64,000 nt of DNA from Patescibacteria group bacterium (GCA_038064835.1 JBBTSD010000001.1:100406-164405); one strand, 5' to 3'; shown: positions 1 to 9,309, counted from the first letter of the stretch. Notes: a model not told the origin generated them from the letters alone. Made by a program: numbers and translations.

Positions 1-1440
1 CCCGTTTGTCGCTGTGTGAAACAGCTCCTCGTGTGTATCGAGATCGATTGCGTAGAGTCGTTTATCTAGTGATGCTATAAATACGGTGTCATCTTTTACA
101 AATGGCGAGGAATAGAGTGCCTCTGTTGCTTGAAATGCAAACATGGGCTTTCCGGTATCCACATCAAGCGCATATAGTTTTGAATCCATGGAAGCAGCGA
201 AAACCAGGTTACGCTTTTCGTCGTACGCAGGAGCCATCTTTATATCGCCTCCCGTTTGAAACTTCCAAAGAAGTGTTCCGGATGTTGCTTGGTACGCGGA
301 AAGAGTTCCATTGTTTCCGCCTATAAATACGATTTCTTTTTTTTCCACATACAGTGGGGAAGCGTGTGTCAGATGTGTGCTTCGGGCGGTCCATATGGTT
401 TTCCCGGAATGTATATCAATTGCCGAGATACCTCCACGCCTTCTGAGAAGGCCGAATTCCAGACCGATAAAAATGAAACCAAGGGACTTTGCCAGCGCGG
501 GTGATGAGCCAATCCAATCCGCATCACGATTTATCCAACGGCGGTTACCGTTTGTGGTGTCCAATGCATAGACATTACCGTCATAAGCACCAAAAAAAAC
601 AGTATGGCCGCTGATAAGGGGACTTGATAGTATTCCTTTTCCGGGTGCGTGTGCACCAATGGTATATTCCCAAGCCACAGTGCCTGTTGCTTGGTTGAGT
701 GCACGAAAGACACCGGCATCGTTTCCGTAAAAAAGCCGGTGAGTATCAAGTGCGGGTGTCGACTTATGCACAACTAAGTCAAAGCTAGGAGATTCTGGTG
801 GAGTATAGTGCCACAAAAAATCGAATTGATTGGGTGTCGGACCAGAAGTTTTGCTCAGCGACACACCAAAATCTTTAAGTGAAAAAAATGATTCGAGAGT
901 GATTCCTTGGGCCGCAAAAGGATACGCATTCAAATCTCGAAACGCAAGTATTACTTGAATGGCCGCAATGCGTTTGTGTGCCCTTTGCAATACTATAATC
1001 TCGCGAGCAAGCGTACTACCACTATTTATAAGATCATCGATGAGAATAATAGGGTACTCGTTCAGGGTTCCTTCAATGGTCTTCATGAGGTCATAGCGTT
1101 TGCGAGATTTCCTCAAGTAGAATCCGTTCACTGGTGTGCCGCGTGCAACACTCTTCATAACAATCGCTGTGATAAGTGGAATGCTGGCAGTTTCGAGGCC
1201 ACCGACTTGGAAAGGGAGGTGTCCTTGATATCGTTCCCAAAAGAGTTCGGCGAAACAGTCAAGCCATTCGGGCTGAAGCATGAGTGCTCGGAAATCAAAC
1301 ATCCAGCTTGCACTGCTCCCTACAACACCGTTTTTTGCGATGCGGGCACCGTCTTGTCTCGTGACAAAGGCGTGTTTTAAAATCGCTTGCCTGAAGGCAA
1401 CGAGACGAGTCTCGTTGCCTGGTACAGATTTATTATTCAT
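1..1440 (-). CDS. ComF-like phosphoribosyltransferase domain (N-terminal) fused to a PQQ-like beta-propeller repeat domain; C-terminus runs off the window start (partial)
   Basis: Manual minus-strand translation gives one continuous frame from ATG at 1440: MNNKSVPGNETRLVAF...EYPIILIDDLINSGSTLAREI (PRT-type nucleotide-binding motif, ComF-like), continuing without a stop into repeated ...YGNDAGVFRALNQATGTVAW / FGAYDGNVYALDTTNGNRRW / SKLYALDVDTGKPMF... blades. It is absent from the ORF track because there is no in-window stop. The ATG overlaps the upstream gene's stop (ATGAATAATAA). Confidence 0.55.
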   Translation of the reverse strand, partial: MNNKSVPGNETRLVAFRQAILKHAFVTRQDGARIAKNGVVGSSASWMFDFRALMLQPEWLDCFAELFWERYQGHLPFQVGGLETASIPLITAIVMKSVARGTPVNGFYLRKSRKRYDLMKTIEGTLNEYPIILIDDLINSGSTLAREIIVLQRAHKRIAAIQVILAFRDLNAYPFAAQGITLESFFSLKDFGVSLSKTSGPTPNQFDFLWHYTPPESPSFDLVVHKSTPALDTHRLFYGNDAGVFRALNQATGTVAWEYTIGAHAPGKGILSSPLISGHTVFFGAYDGNVYALDTTNGNRRWINRDADWIGSSPALAKSLGFIFIGLEFGLLRRRGGISAIDIHSGKTIWTARSTHLTHASPLYVEKKEIVFIGGNNGTLSAYQATSGTLLWKFQTGGDIKMAPAYDEKRNLVFAASMDSKLYALDVDTGKPMFAFQATEALYSSPFVKDDTVFIASLDKRLYAIDLDTHEELFHTATNG

Positions 1441-2182
1441 AAAGAGGTGGTGTGTCTTCTGATTTAGGTGATGTGCAGAGGAGGACTCCATAGACAGGTT
1501 GCTCGATACGCGGATCGAGTCCTAAAAGACGGATAACATAGGTGTCATCAAAACCACCCACTGGGCGTGTCATAATCCCCAGTGCGGTTCCTACAAGGGT
1601 AATATTTTGTGCCATGTGCCCCGTCTCAAGAAGGCCTAGAAGATAGGCAAAGTCTCCGTACCGTGCACTCGAACGGTCCCACACCGCTGTGAAAATAAGG
1701 ATGGTAGATGAAAGTGGCGTCATTCCGGTTCGGATTATGCGACGCATTTCAAAATCGTCTGGGAGATCCCAGAGATGTTCCAATGCGTGGTCGCGTGGGT
1801 GGTAGTGAAACACACCAGGTACTTTACCTTCGCGTACGAGACCGAGTATATATGTCTCGATAGGGTAGAGGGCGCCACCAGAGGGATAGGTGCGCGTTGG
1901 TTTTCTGTTTGTTTTTACACCAACCGCATGACCGAAAAGTGTACCGAGTTCTGTGTCAGTGAACGCGCGCGGAATAAGACATTCTCCGGCAGACATACGC
2001 GCGGCCAACACTTCGTCGAGGCGGGTAGTAAGTGGTACGGGATGAGGTAGTGCGATACGAGGCATGCGTGGATATTCCTTATGTTCCCCAGGTAATGCAC
2101 TATCAGAAGATTTGGTCAGTCCAGTGCGTAGAATCCGTGCTTTCCGGATTGATTGATGCACCTGTTGGATAAAACGAGTCAT
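1433..2182 (-). CDS. SagB-type (McbC-like) nitroreductase-fold dehydrogenase
   Basis: The 249-aa ORF carries a PSGGALYPIETY motif characteristic of SagB/ThcOx dehydrogenases. It overlaps the YcaO gene by 4 nt and the downstream gene by 8 nt, consistent with translational coupling. Confidence 0.65.
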   Translation of the reverse strand: MTRFIQQVHQSIRKARILRTGLTKSSDSALPGEHKEYPRMPRIALPHPVPLTTRLDEVLAARMSAGECLIPRAFTDTELGTLFGHAVGVKTNRKPTRTYPSGGALYPIETYILGLVREGKVPGVFHYHPRDHALEHLWDLPDDFEMRRIIRTGMTPLSSTILIFTAVWDRSSARYGDFAYLLGLLETGHMAQNITLVGTALGIMTRPVGGFDDTYVIRLLGLDPRIEQPVYGVLLCTSPKSEDTPPLYE

Positions 2183-3645
2183 GCAAAGGGATGGGGTTCG
2201 TTTGTATAGGGCTCACTTCGCACTCTAAAGCCGAGTCGTTTCGGAACATCGTGTATGCGAGCTCCTCCGATAGGAGGTGTTGCTTCAGTGTAGTGAATAG
2301 GGATTAGCTCAGGAATCACCACCATTTCAATGTGCCAGGGTGTATGGTTTGCTCGGGCTTGAGTAAATGAAACTGACGCGCACTCGTACCCTTGCTCGCT
2401 GCACCAGTGGATAATACGGTCGAGATGCTGTTGCGGTGAATCGCTATCCCATATTTCTGGGCGAAGTGGTTGCTCTTTTCCTGACAAAAGAAATTGCAGG
2501 TGTTTGTGGCGGTCTGCCTGTGCCCAATAGACGAGACGATTACGCTGTCCTGTGTGTCGCACTGTGGCTATGGGGCGACCTTTCCTCTCGTATTTTCTTA
2601 TCTGAGCACGAGCCCCCCTCCTCGCTCGAAGAGCCTCGATAAGTGCCCGCTCAGCGGCGAGTGCGGGGTCACAATCCGACTTGAGGCCAAGGCCAAGTTT
2701 AGGGGCATGGGGCGTAAGGTCTTCCAAAAATGCACCAATGGAATATGTTGGCGCATCACTAACAAGGCGGATGAAATGAGGTTGTAGGCGGTATTGCTCG
2801 CAGAGTGCAACCAATGTAGCTAACGAAGGTCGGCGCTGAACAAGTTCGTGTGTAGGTATGCGCGGAGGTGTAATTTGGTTAAGCCAGGTAAGCATGTATG
2901 CGTCGCGTTCGATGACTTCCAGTGCACCCGAAAGAAGAGCGCATGACTTTTCAGGGTGTGTTGCAAGACCGGTGGTGATAGATGGCCGAATAATAGGCTC
3001 GCGCTGTTCGCCTATCCCACGGACAGCCAGGTTCATGCCGTATCGACTAATTGTTTGCGCAGGCAACCACACCATTTTTTTTGTAATAAGAGATGTTGCG
3101 CGTGTCCATAGAAATAGTGAATCGGATTGGATATGAAATCGTGGATCTTTTTTTCGCTGCTGAGGATTGAAGCTGGCAAAGCGGTCTGGTGTGAGTGCCG
3201 TGCCCTTCCTCTGGATTTCCGATACTGTTGCTCGGGTGGGGGAAACAAGCATGTCGCTCTGTGTAAACCAAATATAGCGTTCAGTTGCCTCCGCTAGTGC
3301 GCGACTAAATGCTGACCGTTCATCAGTTATGTCTCCACCTGCGGCGCGTACTGTGGCACCACCCTGGATATATTCCATGTACCAAAGAGCAAAAGGAGGT
3401 TCGTCCGGAGAATAGGGTGCCGGATAGTACAGTTTGGCAACTCCTGATGCAAACATTTTTTCGGCAATGGAAAAAAGGTCGAGCATGTCGGGACGACCAA
3501 AGGGTACCTCGCTGTCATCTTGGACAAGGTGCGCTCCGAACTGGCGTTCAAGAAATCGTAAGAAATTGATTCGTGCATGTTCAGTACGGTCGCCTCTATA
3601 AAGGCCACGCCAGACAGTCTCAAGGGAGTGGGCACTATGTATCAT
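2179..3645 (-). CDS. ycaO: YcaO-domain protein (ATP-dependent cyclodehydratase / amide-activating family)
   Basis: 488-aa protein with TGLATHPEKSCALLSGALEVIERDA (YcaO ATP-binding signature) and a C-terminal ...YTNEPHPFA proline-rich YcaO tail. Confidence 0.75.
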   Translation of the reverse strand: MIHSAHSLETVWRGLYRGDRTEHARINFLRFLERQFGAHLVQDDSEVPFGRPDMLDLFSIAEKMFASGVAKLYYPAPYSPDEPPFALWYMEYIQGGATVRAAGGDITDERSAFSRALAEATERYIWFTQSDMLVSPTRATVSEIQRKGTALTPDRFASFNPQQRKKDPRFHIQSDSLFLWTRATSLITKKMVWLPAQTISRYGMNLAVRGIGEQREPIIRPSITTGLATHPEKSCALLSGALEVIERDAYMLTWLNQITPPRIPTHELVQRRPSLATLVALCEQYRLQPHFIRLVSDAPTYSIGAFLEDLTPHAPKLGLGLKSDCDPALAAERALIEALRARRGARAQIRKYERKGRPIATVRHTGQRNRLVYWAQADRHKHLQFLLSGKEQPLRPEIWDSDSPQQHLDRIIHWCSEQGYECASVSFTQARANHTPWHIEMVVIPELIPIHYTEATPPIGGARIHDVPKRLGFRVRSEPYTNEPHPFA

Positions 3646-3728
3646 GGTGTCATGATACCGTGATGGGTCTACAGTGAGAAGATTGTCCTAAGGATGAATA
3701 TGTTTCGCTACATATCCACAGTTCTCGT

Positions 3729-4187
3729 GTGGTTTTGCACATAGGAAAGATATCTAAGGGAGCATCATGCTATCATGAACATGTGGCTTTCAGTGATATA
3801 CAAAAAAGAGCAGTCGGATTTTTAAGTGCCTGCGGAGCGATTCTCCTCTTGGTCGTCGGTTTCCTTGTTATTTTCATGACGCCAGCAGGAGGTTCGCGTG
3901 GCGGGAAAACATGGAAAGCACTTTCTCCACTCGACGCACTTGGACCGAGTACCGCCCTTGCAGACGCTCCTGCAGACTCAGATTCTGCCGCAGACTCCGC
4001 TGCGGATTCCGCTGCGGATTCGGGCACAGACTCCGGTACAGACTCCGGTACAGACTCTGGCACAGACTCCGGTACAGATGCTGACTCAGGTGCCGACGCT
4101 GGTGCCGACGCTGGTGCCGATGCGGGTGCCGATTGTGCATGTGACGCTGGTGCCGATGCGGGTGCCGATGCGGGTGGTTGCGAGTAG
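3729..4187 (+). CDS. Low-complexity D/S/T/G/A/C-rich repetitive protein; either a secreted acidic repeat protein or a candidate azol(in)e RiPP precursor
   Basis: ORF (GTG 3729; alternative ATG 3876) encodes a hydrophobic N-terminal segment (KRAVGFLSACGAILLLVVGFLVIF) followed by ADSAADSAADSGTDSGTDSGTDSGTDSGTDADSGADAGADAGADAGADCACDAGADAGADAGGCE. The DNA beneath is 12/15-nt tandem repeats. The gene is divergent from the YcaO operon. Confidence 0.4.
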   Translation: MVLHIGKISKGASCYHEHVAFSDIQKRAVGFLSACGAILLLVVGFLVIFMTPAGGSRGGKTWKALSPLDALGPSTALADAPADSDSAADSAADSAADSGTDSGTDSGTDSGTDSGTDADSGADAGADAGADAGADCACDAGADAGADAGGCE

Positions 4188-5326
4188 GTCCCACTTTAGC
4201 TAGCCAAACTTATCGTATGCAAAAAGACACAATTATTGGCGCAGGGGCAGGAGTTGCAATACTCGTTGGAATTGTTGCGTACGGATGGTATGTCTATGGC
4301 CGAGATGTCCCCGCTGAGAAAAAGCCTTTAAGATACACACATGAAAGGCCGCCAAATGTTGTCCTTGCGAAGGACAACAAGGCTTTTGCTGTTGCTGATA
4401 ATTATTTCAAAAATGGTCGTTTTACTGCCGCGCTCGAGAAATACAACGAAGCTATTCTCAAGGCGCGTAATCCAATTGAAGAGAATCAGATTTTGTACAG
4501 AATTGCATTAACAACAGAGAGACGGGGAAACGCGAAAGAGGCGATCCCCCTCTACAAAGAACTTATCGCAAACCCAGAAGCAATATCTTTCATCAAAGCA
4601 TACTCCGCTCAAGAGCTCGCGCTGATGCTTGTGAGTCCTGAAACTATCCATTTAGCTCCGGATATTTTTTCAGGAGACCCTTATGCCAGTTTTAATACAG
4701 AGGGTAACCGCGCGCTCTCTAATCGAAAGATGTTCGAGTACGCCTCCTCCTTTTACCCACTGGCACTTTCCGAGCTCCGTGTAGCCGATTGGTATGCCGA
4801 ACAGCTTTTAAAACCCGCGGTGCGCAAACCAGTCAGTGCTTCGCATGAATATGTTGGTATTATCGAAGATCGCATGAAAAACGCGGACGCAGACATTACC
4901 CGTACATTTGATAGTCCAAGCGAGAGCGGGTTCCTTGATGAAATATTGACACGCAAAGCTGTAGTGATTGGGAAACTCGCAATAGTCAAAATTGTTTCCC
5001 ACGAGGAGGCCGAGCGGGCTTTTGCAGATGCCTTTAATCTTATCGCAGTTCGTTCCCCAGGGACATCTGCCGACCGATGGATGAGATACTATCATGCAAG
5101 ATACTTGCTGAATGTTCCAAGTAGCGAAACCAGGGTTCGAGACATCATTGCGCCTTTTTACGAGACAAATATATACAAGGATGGAGAGATGAAGACTTTC
5201 TTCAAAAACGAAAGGACCAACAAGCAGGGGCAGAAAGTGTACTTACAAAAAATGGCAACGATAGACTCGGATTTCAAGAAATACTTGCTGGGGTTGGGGT
5301 GGCAACCATCAGACTTCCCAAAGTGA
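4178..5326 (+). CDS. Hypothetical membrane-anchored protein (TTG 4178 or ATG 4217)
   Basis: 382-aa ORF with an N-terminal TM helix (IIGAGAGVAILVGIVAYGWYVY) and helical-repeat-like sequence. No recognisable catalytic motif. Confidence 0.4.
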   Translation: MRVGPTLASQTYRMQKDTIIGAGAGVAILVGIVAYGWYVYGRDVPAEKKPLRYTHERPPNVVLAKDNKAFAVADNYFKNGRFTAALEKYNEAILKARNPIEENQILYRIALTTERRGNAKEAIPLYKELIANPEAISFIKAYSAQELALMLVSPETIHLAPDIFSGDPYASFNTEGNRALSNRKMFEYASSFYPLALSELRVADWYAEQLLKPAVRKPVSASHEYVGIIEDRMKNADADITRTFDSPSESGFLDEILTRKAVVIGKLAIVKIVSHEEAERAFADAFNLIAVRSPGTSADRWMRYYHARYLLNVPSSETRVRDIIAPFYETNIYKDGEMKTFFKNERTNKQGQKVYLQKMATIDSDFKKYLLGLGWQPSDFPK

Positions 5327-5330
5327 GCGT

Positions 5331-6038
5331 ATGGTAGATGAATCCAATATTGTTCAGCGTACAGCGCTCGGCCTGATTCTCATTGCGGGAGTGGTAATTC
5401 TTGTTGGAGCATCCACATCTTCCCGTTATGCTGGGCAGGCCCGAGAAAAAAGTCAAGAAGATTTACAGCTGGCTACACGCGTTATTACCGAGCAGGATCA
5501 TGTGCAAGGATCGCGCGATGCGCCTCTCGAAATAGTCGAGTATTCCGATTTCGAATGTCCCTATTGTCGGGCGCTTCATCTGGGCATAATTCCTAGACTC
5601 AAAGAGAGGTATGGAGAGACCATGGTTCTGGCGTACCGGCATTTTCCTCTTCCGCGTTATCCGCATAGTGTGCGCGAGGCAGAAGCAGCCGAATGTGCCG
5701 CGAGTGTCGGGGGTGAGGACGCATTTTGGAAGTATACCGAAGCACTTTTTATGGAGAAACCACGCGAGGCAACATTGACTGACGAAAACCTCATTGTGTT
5801 GGCGACCTCGATGGGGATTCCAGGTGAAGCATTTGAAATATGCATGGCATCGGGCGAAGCTTTCGCTCGAGTGCAGAGCGACAAAGCGGGTGGGGTGGTT
5901 GCTGGCATTGCCATGACACCCACACTTCTCATCACCTATGGTGGTGCAAAAGTAAAAGTGCAGGGAAGTTATCAAGACCGAATCTTAGAAGCTATAGATG
6001 AACTTCTAACGGTGTCCGAGAAGCCTCCAGAGCAATAA
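5331..6038 (+). CDS. DsbA-family thiol:disulfide oxidoreductase (thioredoxin fold), membrane-anchored
   Basis: N-terminal TM helix, then a CPYC active-site motif (SDFECPYCRALH) in a DsbA-like context. Confidence 0.65.
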   Translation: MVDESNIVQRTALGLILIAGVVILVGASTSSRYAGQAREKSQEDLQLATRVITEQDHVQGSRDAPLEIVEYSDFECPYCRALHLGIIPRLKERYGETMVLAYRHFPLPRYPHSVREAEAAECAASVGGEDAFWKYTEALFMEKPREATLTDENLIVLATSMGIPGEAFEICMASGEAFARVQSDKAGGVVAGIAMTPTLLITYGGAKVKVQGSYQDRILEAIDELLTVSEKPPEQ

Positions 6039-6041
6039 AGT

Positions 6042-6482
6042 ATGAAAGATATACAAACATATACAGTTATATCCTTGGCGACTGCGGTGGTATTGATTGC
6101 ACTCATATACCTTACCCCCCTAAAACACATCAACCTTATCGAACCTACGATTGACGATATCAATCCCCAAGAGTTCCATGCTATGTTTGTGGCAAATCCA
6201 GACAACTACATTTTCATCGATGTTCGTCCTGAAAATGCCTACACTGCCGCACATGCGCTTGGCTCGGAAAGCATGCCACTGCATACACTCTTTGATACGA
6301 GGCATCTCCTCCCAAAGACCGGAAAGACCATAGTCCTGATTTGTAGTGGGGGGCGTGCCTCGGGGGTTGGCTATAGCTATCTTGAACATTATGGCTTCTT
6401 TAATATCAAGCGAATCGATGGTGGTATTGAACGATGGATAAGTATGGGATTACCCGTTGACGGAAAGCAAGTCATTAAGTGA
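6042..6482 (+). CDS. Rhodanese-domain sulfurtransferase, membrane-anchored
   Basis: 146 aa with an N-terminal TM helix and a rhodanese active-site loop LICSGGRASG with the catalytic Cys. Confidence 0.65.
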   Translation: MKDIQTYTVISLATAVVLIALIYLTPLKHINLIEPTIDDINPQEFHAMFVANPDNYIFIDVRPENAYTAAHALGSESMPLHTLFDTRHLLPKTGKTIVLICSGGRASGVGYSYLEHYGFFNIKRIDGGIERWISMGLPVDGKQVIK

Positions 6483-6503
6483 CACATGAAGAGATATTAA
6501 AAT

Positions 6504-7289
6504 ATGTGGGCAAAACGCACCCTAGTTGTTGGAATTCTTTTACTGCTCGGTCTGGTAGTGGGTAGGGTCCACGGCGCTCGTATTGCGTGGGATTGTTGCG
6601 GCATAACATCGTTCGCTCAGGTGCTTGCGCCACATGATGCAGAGTTACACTTCAATATCGGGGATTATTTTTTCGGGAATGGTGCATATGATCCAGAGTG
6701 GGCCTACAAACACTTTATTTTTGCCCGGAATGCTAATCCTGCACTTGCCCGTGTGAACTACCAACTCGCGCGTCTCTCCTTTCTAAATGGAAATTTCTCA
6801 GATGCATATGCGTCCGTACTCAGAGAAAAGACAATTGACCCGTCTTTTGGAAAATCTCACTACATGGAAGGATTGATTCTTGGATACCGGGCATATCCAG
6901 GAGATTTTGAAAAATCAGTCAAAGCATTTAAGAATTTTATCGCTTACGATCCACTTAATTGGGCAGGGTATAATGATCTTTCGTGGATATACTTTCAAAA
7001 AGGTGATTATAAGAATGCATGGGATGTGGCAAATCAAGGTCTTACACAAGCATACGGAAATCCATGGCTTTTAAACTCGCGAGGGATTGCCTCACTCGCA
7101 ATGAATAAATCACATGATGCCGAGCAAGATTTTAACGATGCGCTTGACACTATCGCTACCATGACTGCAGACCAGTGGGGAGTTGCGTATCCCGGGAATA
7201 ACCCTTCTCTGTATGCGGCGGGCTTCGCCTCTATGAAAGACTCAATCGAAAGGAATTTGGGTCGAGCGATGGTTAGGACTCGTCCCTAA
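6504..7289 (+). CDS. Secreted TPR-like repeat protein
   Basis: Signal peptide (MWAKRTLVVGILLLLGLVVGRVHGA) followed by W/Y-rich helical repeats (AYDPLNWAGYNDLSWIYFQKGDYKNAWDVANQG). Confidence 0.4.
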   Translation: MWAKRTLVVGILLLLGLVVGRVHGARIAWDCCGITSFAQVLAPHDAELHFNIGDYFFGNGAYDPEWAYKHFIFARNANPALARVNYQLARLSFLNGNFSDAYASVLREKTIDPSFGKSHYMEGLILGYRAYPGDFEKSVKAFKNFIAYDPLNWAGYNDLSWIYFQKGDYKNAWDVANQGLTQAYGNPWLLNSRGIASLAMNKSHDAEQDFNDALDTIATMTADQWGVAYPGNNPSLYAAGFASMKDSIERNLGRAMVRTRP

Positions 7290-7338
7290 GTCAGTTGTGG
7301 ATAAATAGTGCAGACCACAAAAACTCTTCTATACTGAA

Positions 7339-8148
7339 GTGATGTCTGCAATGAGCTTGGAAGTCTCCTCAAAAAAAGTAGTGTTTGCTGTAGGAATTGC
7401 CCTCGGTCTTATTGTTTTTTTCGGGGCTTTCCCCGGAATGCAGCAGAAAGTAGTTTCAGCATCTCCGTCGAGTGAGATGTACTTCTACAGCCTTTCGCCT
7501 TTGGGTGATGAGGGGGGTAGGAGTGTTCCTGCATCGTGCCCTTCCAATCTTCATGACGACGCGCTCTACGGTCGCCCATGCCAAGCAACAAACGCGTGTG
7601 GCTCTTCAGCTAACGGCGTCTATCAATGCGGAGGAATTTGCAGCGTTCCTCCACCGGGGCTTCCTGCAGGGTATGGCACGACTTGCCAGTCATCACCGAA
7701 TATTTGTGGCATGTTTGCCTACGGAGCAATTAGTTGCACCGGCTCTTGTTCGGCACCGACAGTACCAAATAGTCTCTGCGCCACATGTCCAAATGGTGTC
7801 TGTGATGCGGGCGAGTCAGGAACACTGTGCCCTCAAGACTGCGGCGGCGGGAATGGTGCGCCAATCGTCTGTACCATTTCAACAAACCCACATCGAGTGT
7901 TGCAGGGGCTTCGTACGCTTGTCACCTGGAGTGCTCCGGGTGCCACCACCTGTACTATTACAGGAACCAAACTGCTAGGAGGTGCTCAGGTAGAGCAATT
8001 CACCGCTGGTGCGTCAGGAAACCAGTCAAGCGCTGTGATTACCGAGGACACCGTCTACAAGCTCGTGTGCAGCAACGAGACGAGCAGTTGCGTCTCCCCG
8101 AACTCTCTTGTCGATAGTATCTACAACCCAGACTGGGAAGAGCTCTAA
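7339..8148 (+). CDS. Cys-rich secreted or membrane-anchored protein
   Basis: 269 aa with an N-terminal TM/signal segment and about 24 Cys in CxxC/CG-rich modules. It sits 1.3 kb downstream of the DsbA gene. Confidence 0.4.
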   Translation: MMSAMSLEVSSKKVVFAVGIALGLIVFFGAFPGMQQKVVSASPSSEMYFYSLSPLGDEGGRSVPASCPSNLHDDALYGRPCQATNACGSSANGVYQCGGICSVPPPGLPAGYGTTCQSSPNICGMFAYGAISCTGSCSAPTVPNSLCATCPNGVCDAGESGTLCPQDCGGGNGAPIVCTISTNPHRVLQGLRTLVTWSAPGATTCTITGTKLLGGAQVEQFTAGASGNQSSAVITEDTVYKLVCSNETSSCVSPNSLVDSIYNPDWEEL

Positions 8149-8207
8149 GGTGCCAATCTCTAGGGTTTGCTGGTTGCGTACTAACGAAAATCGTTCACCA
8201 TAGCGCG

Positions 8208-9221
8208 ATGGACAAGCAGCTCATCCATGGGGTTACCGTAAACCGACTGAGGCGGGTTTTTAACGGGTTTCCGTTCTCGATACCCGCATACTATGTATCC
8301 GTGGCGGCAAGGAATTTAGGTGCACGAAAGGAGCGGTGGGCGAGAGAACGAGTGGAGGGAAAGAAGTATCCAGAAATTTTAATATGGGACTCGCCAAATT
8401 TTGACGACCCTAGAGCAGGGCTTATTGCAAAAGTAGGTAGCTCGGGTGAACTCACAGAGCTCATTCAGAGCGAGCCGGCGAACGGCATGTTGCTGTGCGA
8501 TGGTAGGGTGCTCAGCGCTCAACATGATGCAATGCAATCCTATTCTTCCGATTTGCAGCAGTCACAAATATTTGCATCGTTTCCGGTGTGGAATGACTTG
8601 CACACTCTTCGGGAATCTCCCAAAGGTATTCTGGTCACATCTTCGGGCACCGACTCTATCACTGAAATCTCTCGAGACGGAAAACAGATTCTGTGGTTGT
8701 GGTGGGCAGGCGAACATGGGTACACAACCGATTCGTTCGGAAAGAAAAGGACTCTGGACAGACAATTAGATCATCGTCATTTCCTGTACAACACATGGCT
8801 TCGAACAACTCATGTGAATTCTGCCCAGCCACTTTCAGATGGGTCAGTACTCGCCTCCTTCTTTCATCAGGGAATCCTTGGATGTATCAACCGCGAGACT
8901 GGGACGGTGACCACAATCGTAGCTGATTTGAAACGGCCTCATGCTGCACGCATAAGCGATGGGAAGGTTTCTTTCGCTGATACAGGTAGGGGCATTGCTT
9001 ATCTCGGTACACTCAAGGGTGATAGGTTTGTGACCGAAAACTCTGTTCAGATTGAAACAAACTGGCTCCAAGACGCACAATTTGTAAACGGAATGTGGTT
9101 TTTAGCCGATGCGCAACATGCGCGGATATACTTTGCGAACAAGGGGGGAGAAGTACTCGCCTATGATCAGTTTGATCCGGAGTGGGACTTTTTTGAGGTC
9201 CTTCCATACAGAGAAGATTAA
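8208..9221 (+). CDS. Hypothetical protein
   Basis: 337-aa ORF with no motif recognised. Confidence 0.35.
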   Translation: MDKQLIHGVTVNRLRRVFNGFPFSIPAYYVSVAARNLGARKERWARERVEGKKYPEILIWDSPNFDDPRAGLIAKVGSSGELTELIQSEPANGMLLCDGRVLSAQHDAMQSYSSDLQQSQIFASFPVWNDLHTLRESPKGILVTSSGTDSITEISRDGKQILWLWWAGEHGYTTDSFGKKRTLDRQLDHRHFLYNTWLRTTHVNSAQPLSDGSVLASFFHQGILGCINRETGTVTTIVADLKRPHAARISDGKVSFADTGRGIAYLGTLKGDRFVTENSVQIETNWLQDAQFVNGMWFLADAQHARIYFANKGGEVLAYDQFDPEWDFFEVLPYRED

Positions 9222-9276
9222 ATTGGCGAAGCCCTTACCCCGCCGCCTCTGGGGCGGGGTAAGGGCTTCGCCAATT
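9222..9276. terminator. Long perfect inverted repeat (about 24 bp stem) immediately after the stop codon; likely an intrinsic terminator or stable hairpin
   Basis: attggcgaagcccttaccccgcc-gcctctg-gggcggggtaagggcttcgccaat, followed by tttactt. Confidence 0.5.
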
Positions 9277-9309
9277 TACTTAAAATAGGTATGCGGGTAA
9301 AATTGCAAC

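Noticed and set aside
102-1380. Plus-strand ORFs 102-326, 256-504, 311-571 and 907-1380 from the ORF track
   Set aside because: They lie antisense to a continuous, motif-bearing minus-strand reading frame (ComF-PRT / PQQ-propeller) that spans 1-1440, so they are spurious.
3940-4170. CRISPR array suspicion from short perfect tandem repeats (also considered at 49219/52318 in the giant gene)
   Set aside because: Repeats are 12-15-nt head-to-tail coding repeats without spacers, or long coding duplications. There are no repeat-spacer architecture and no cas genes.
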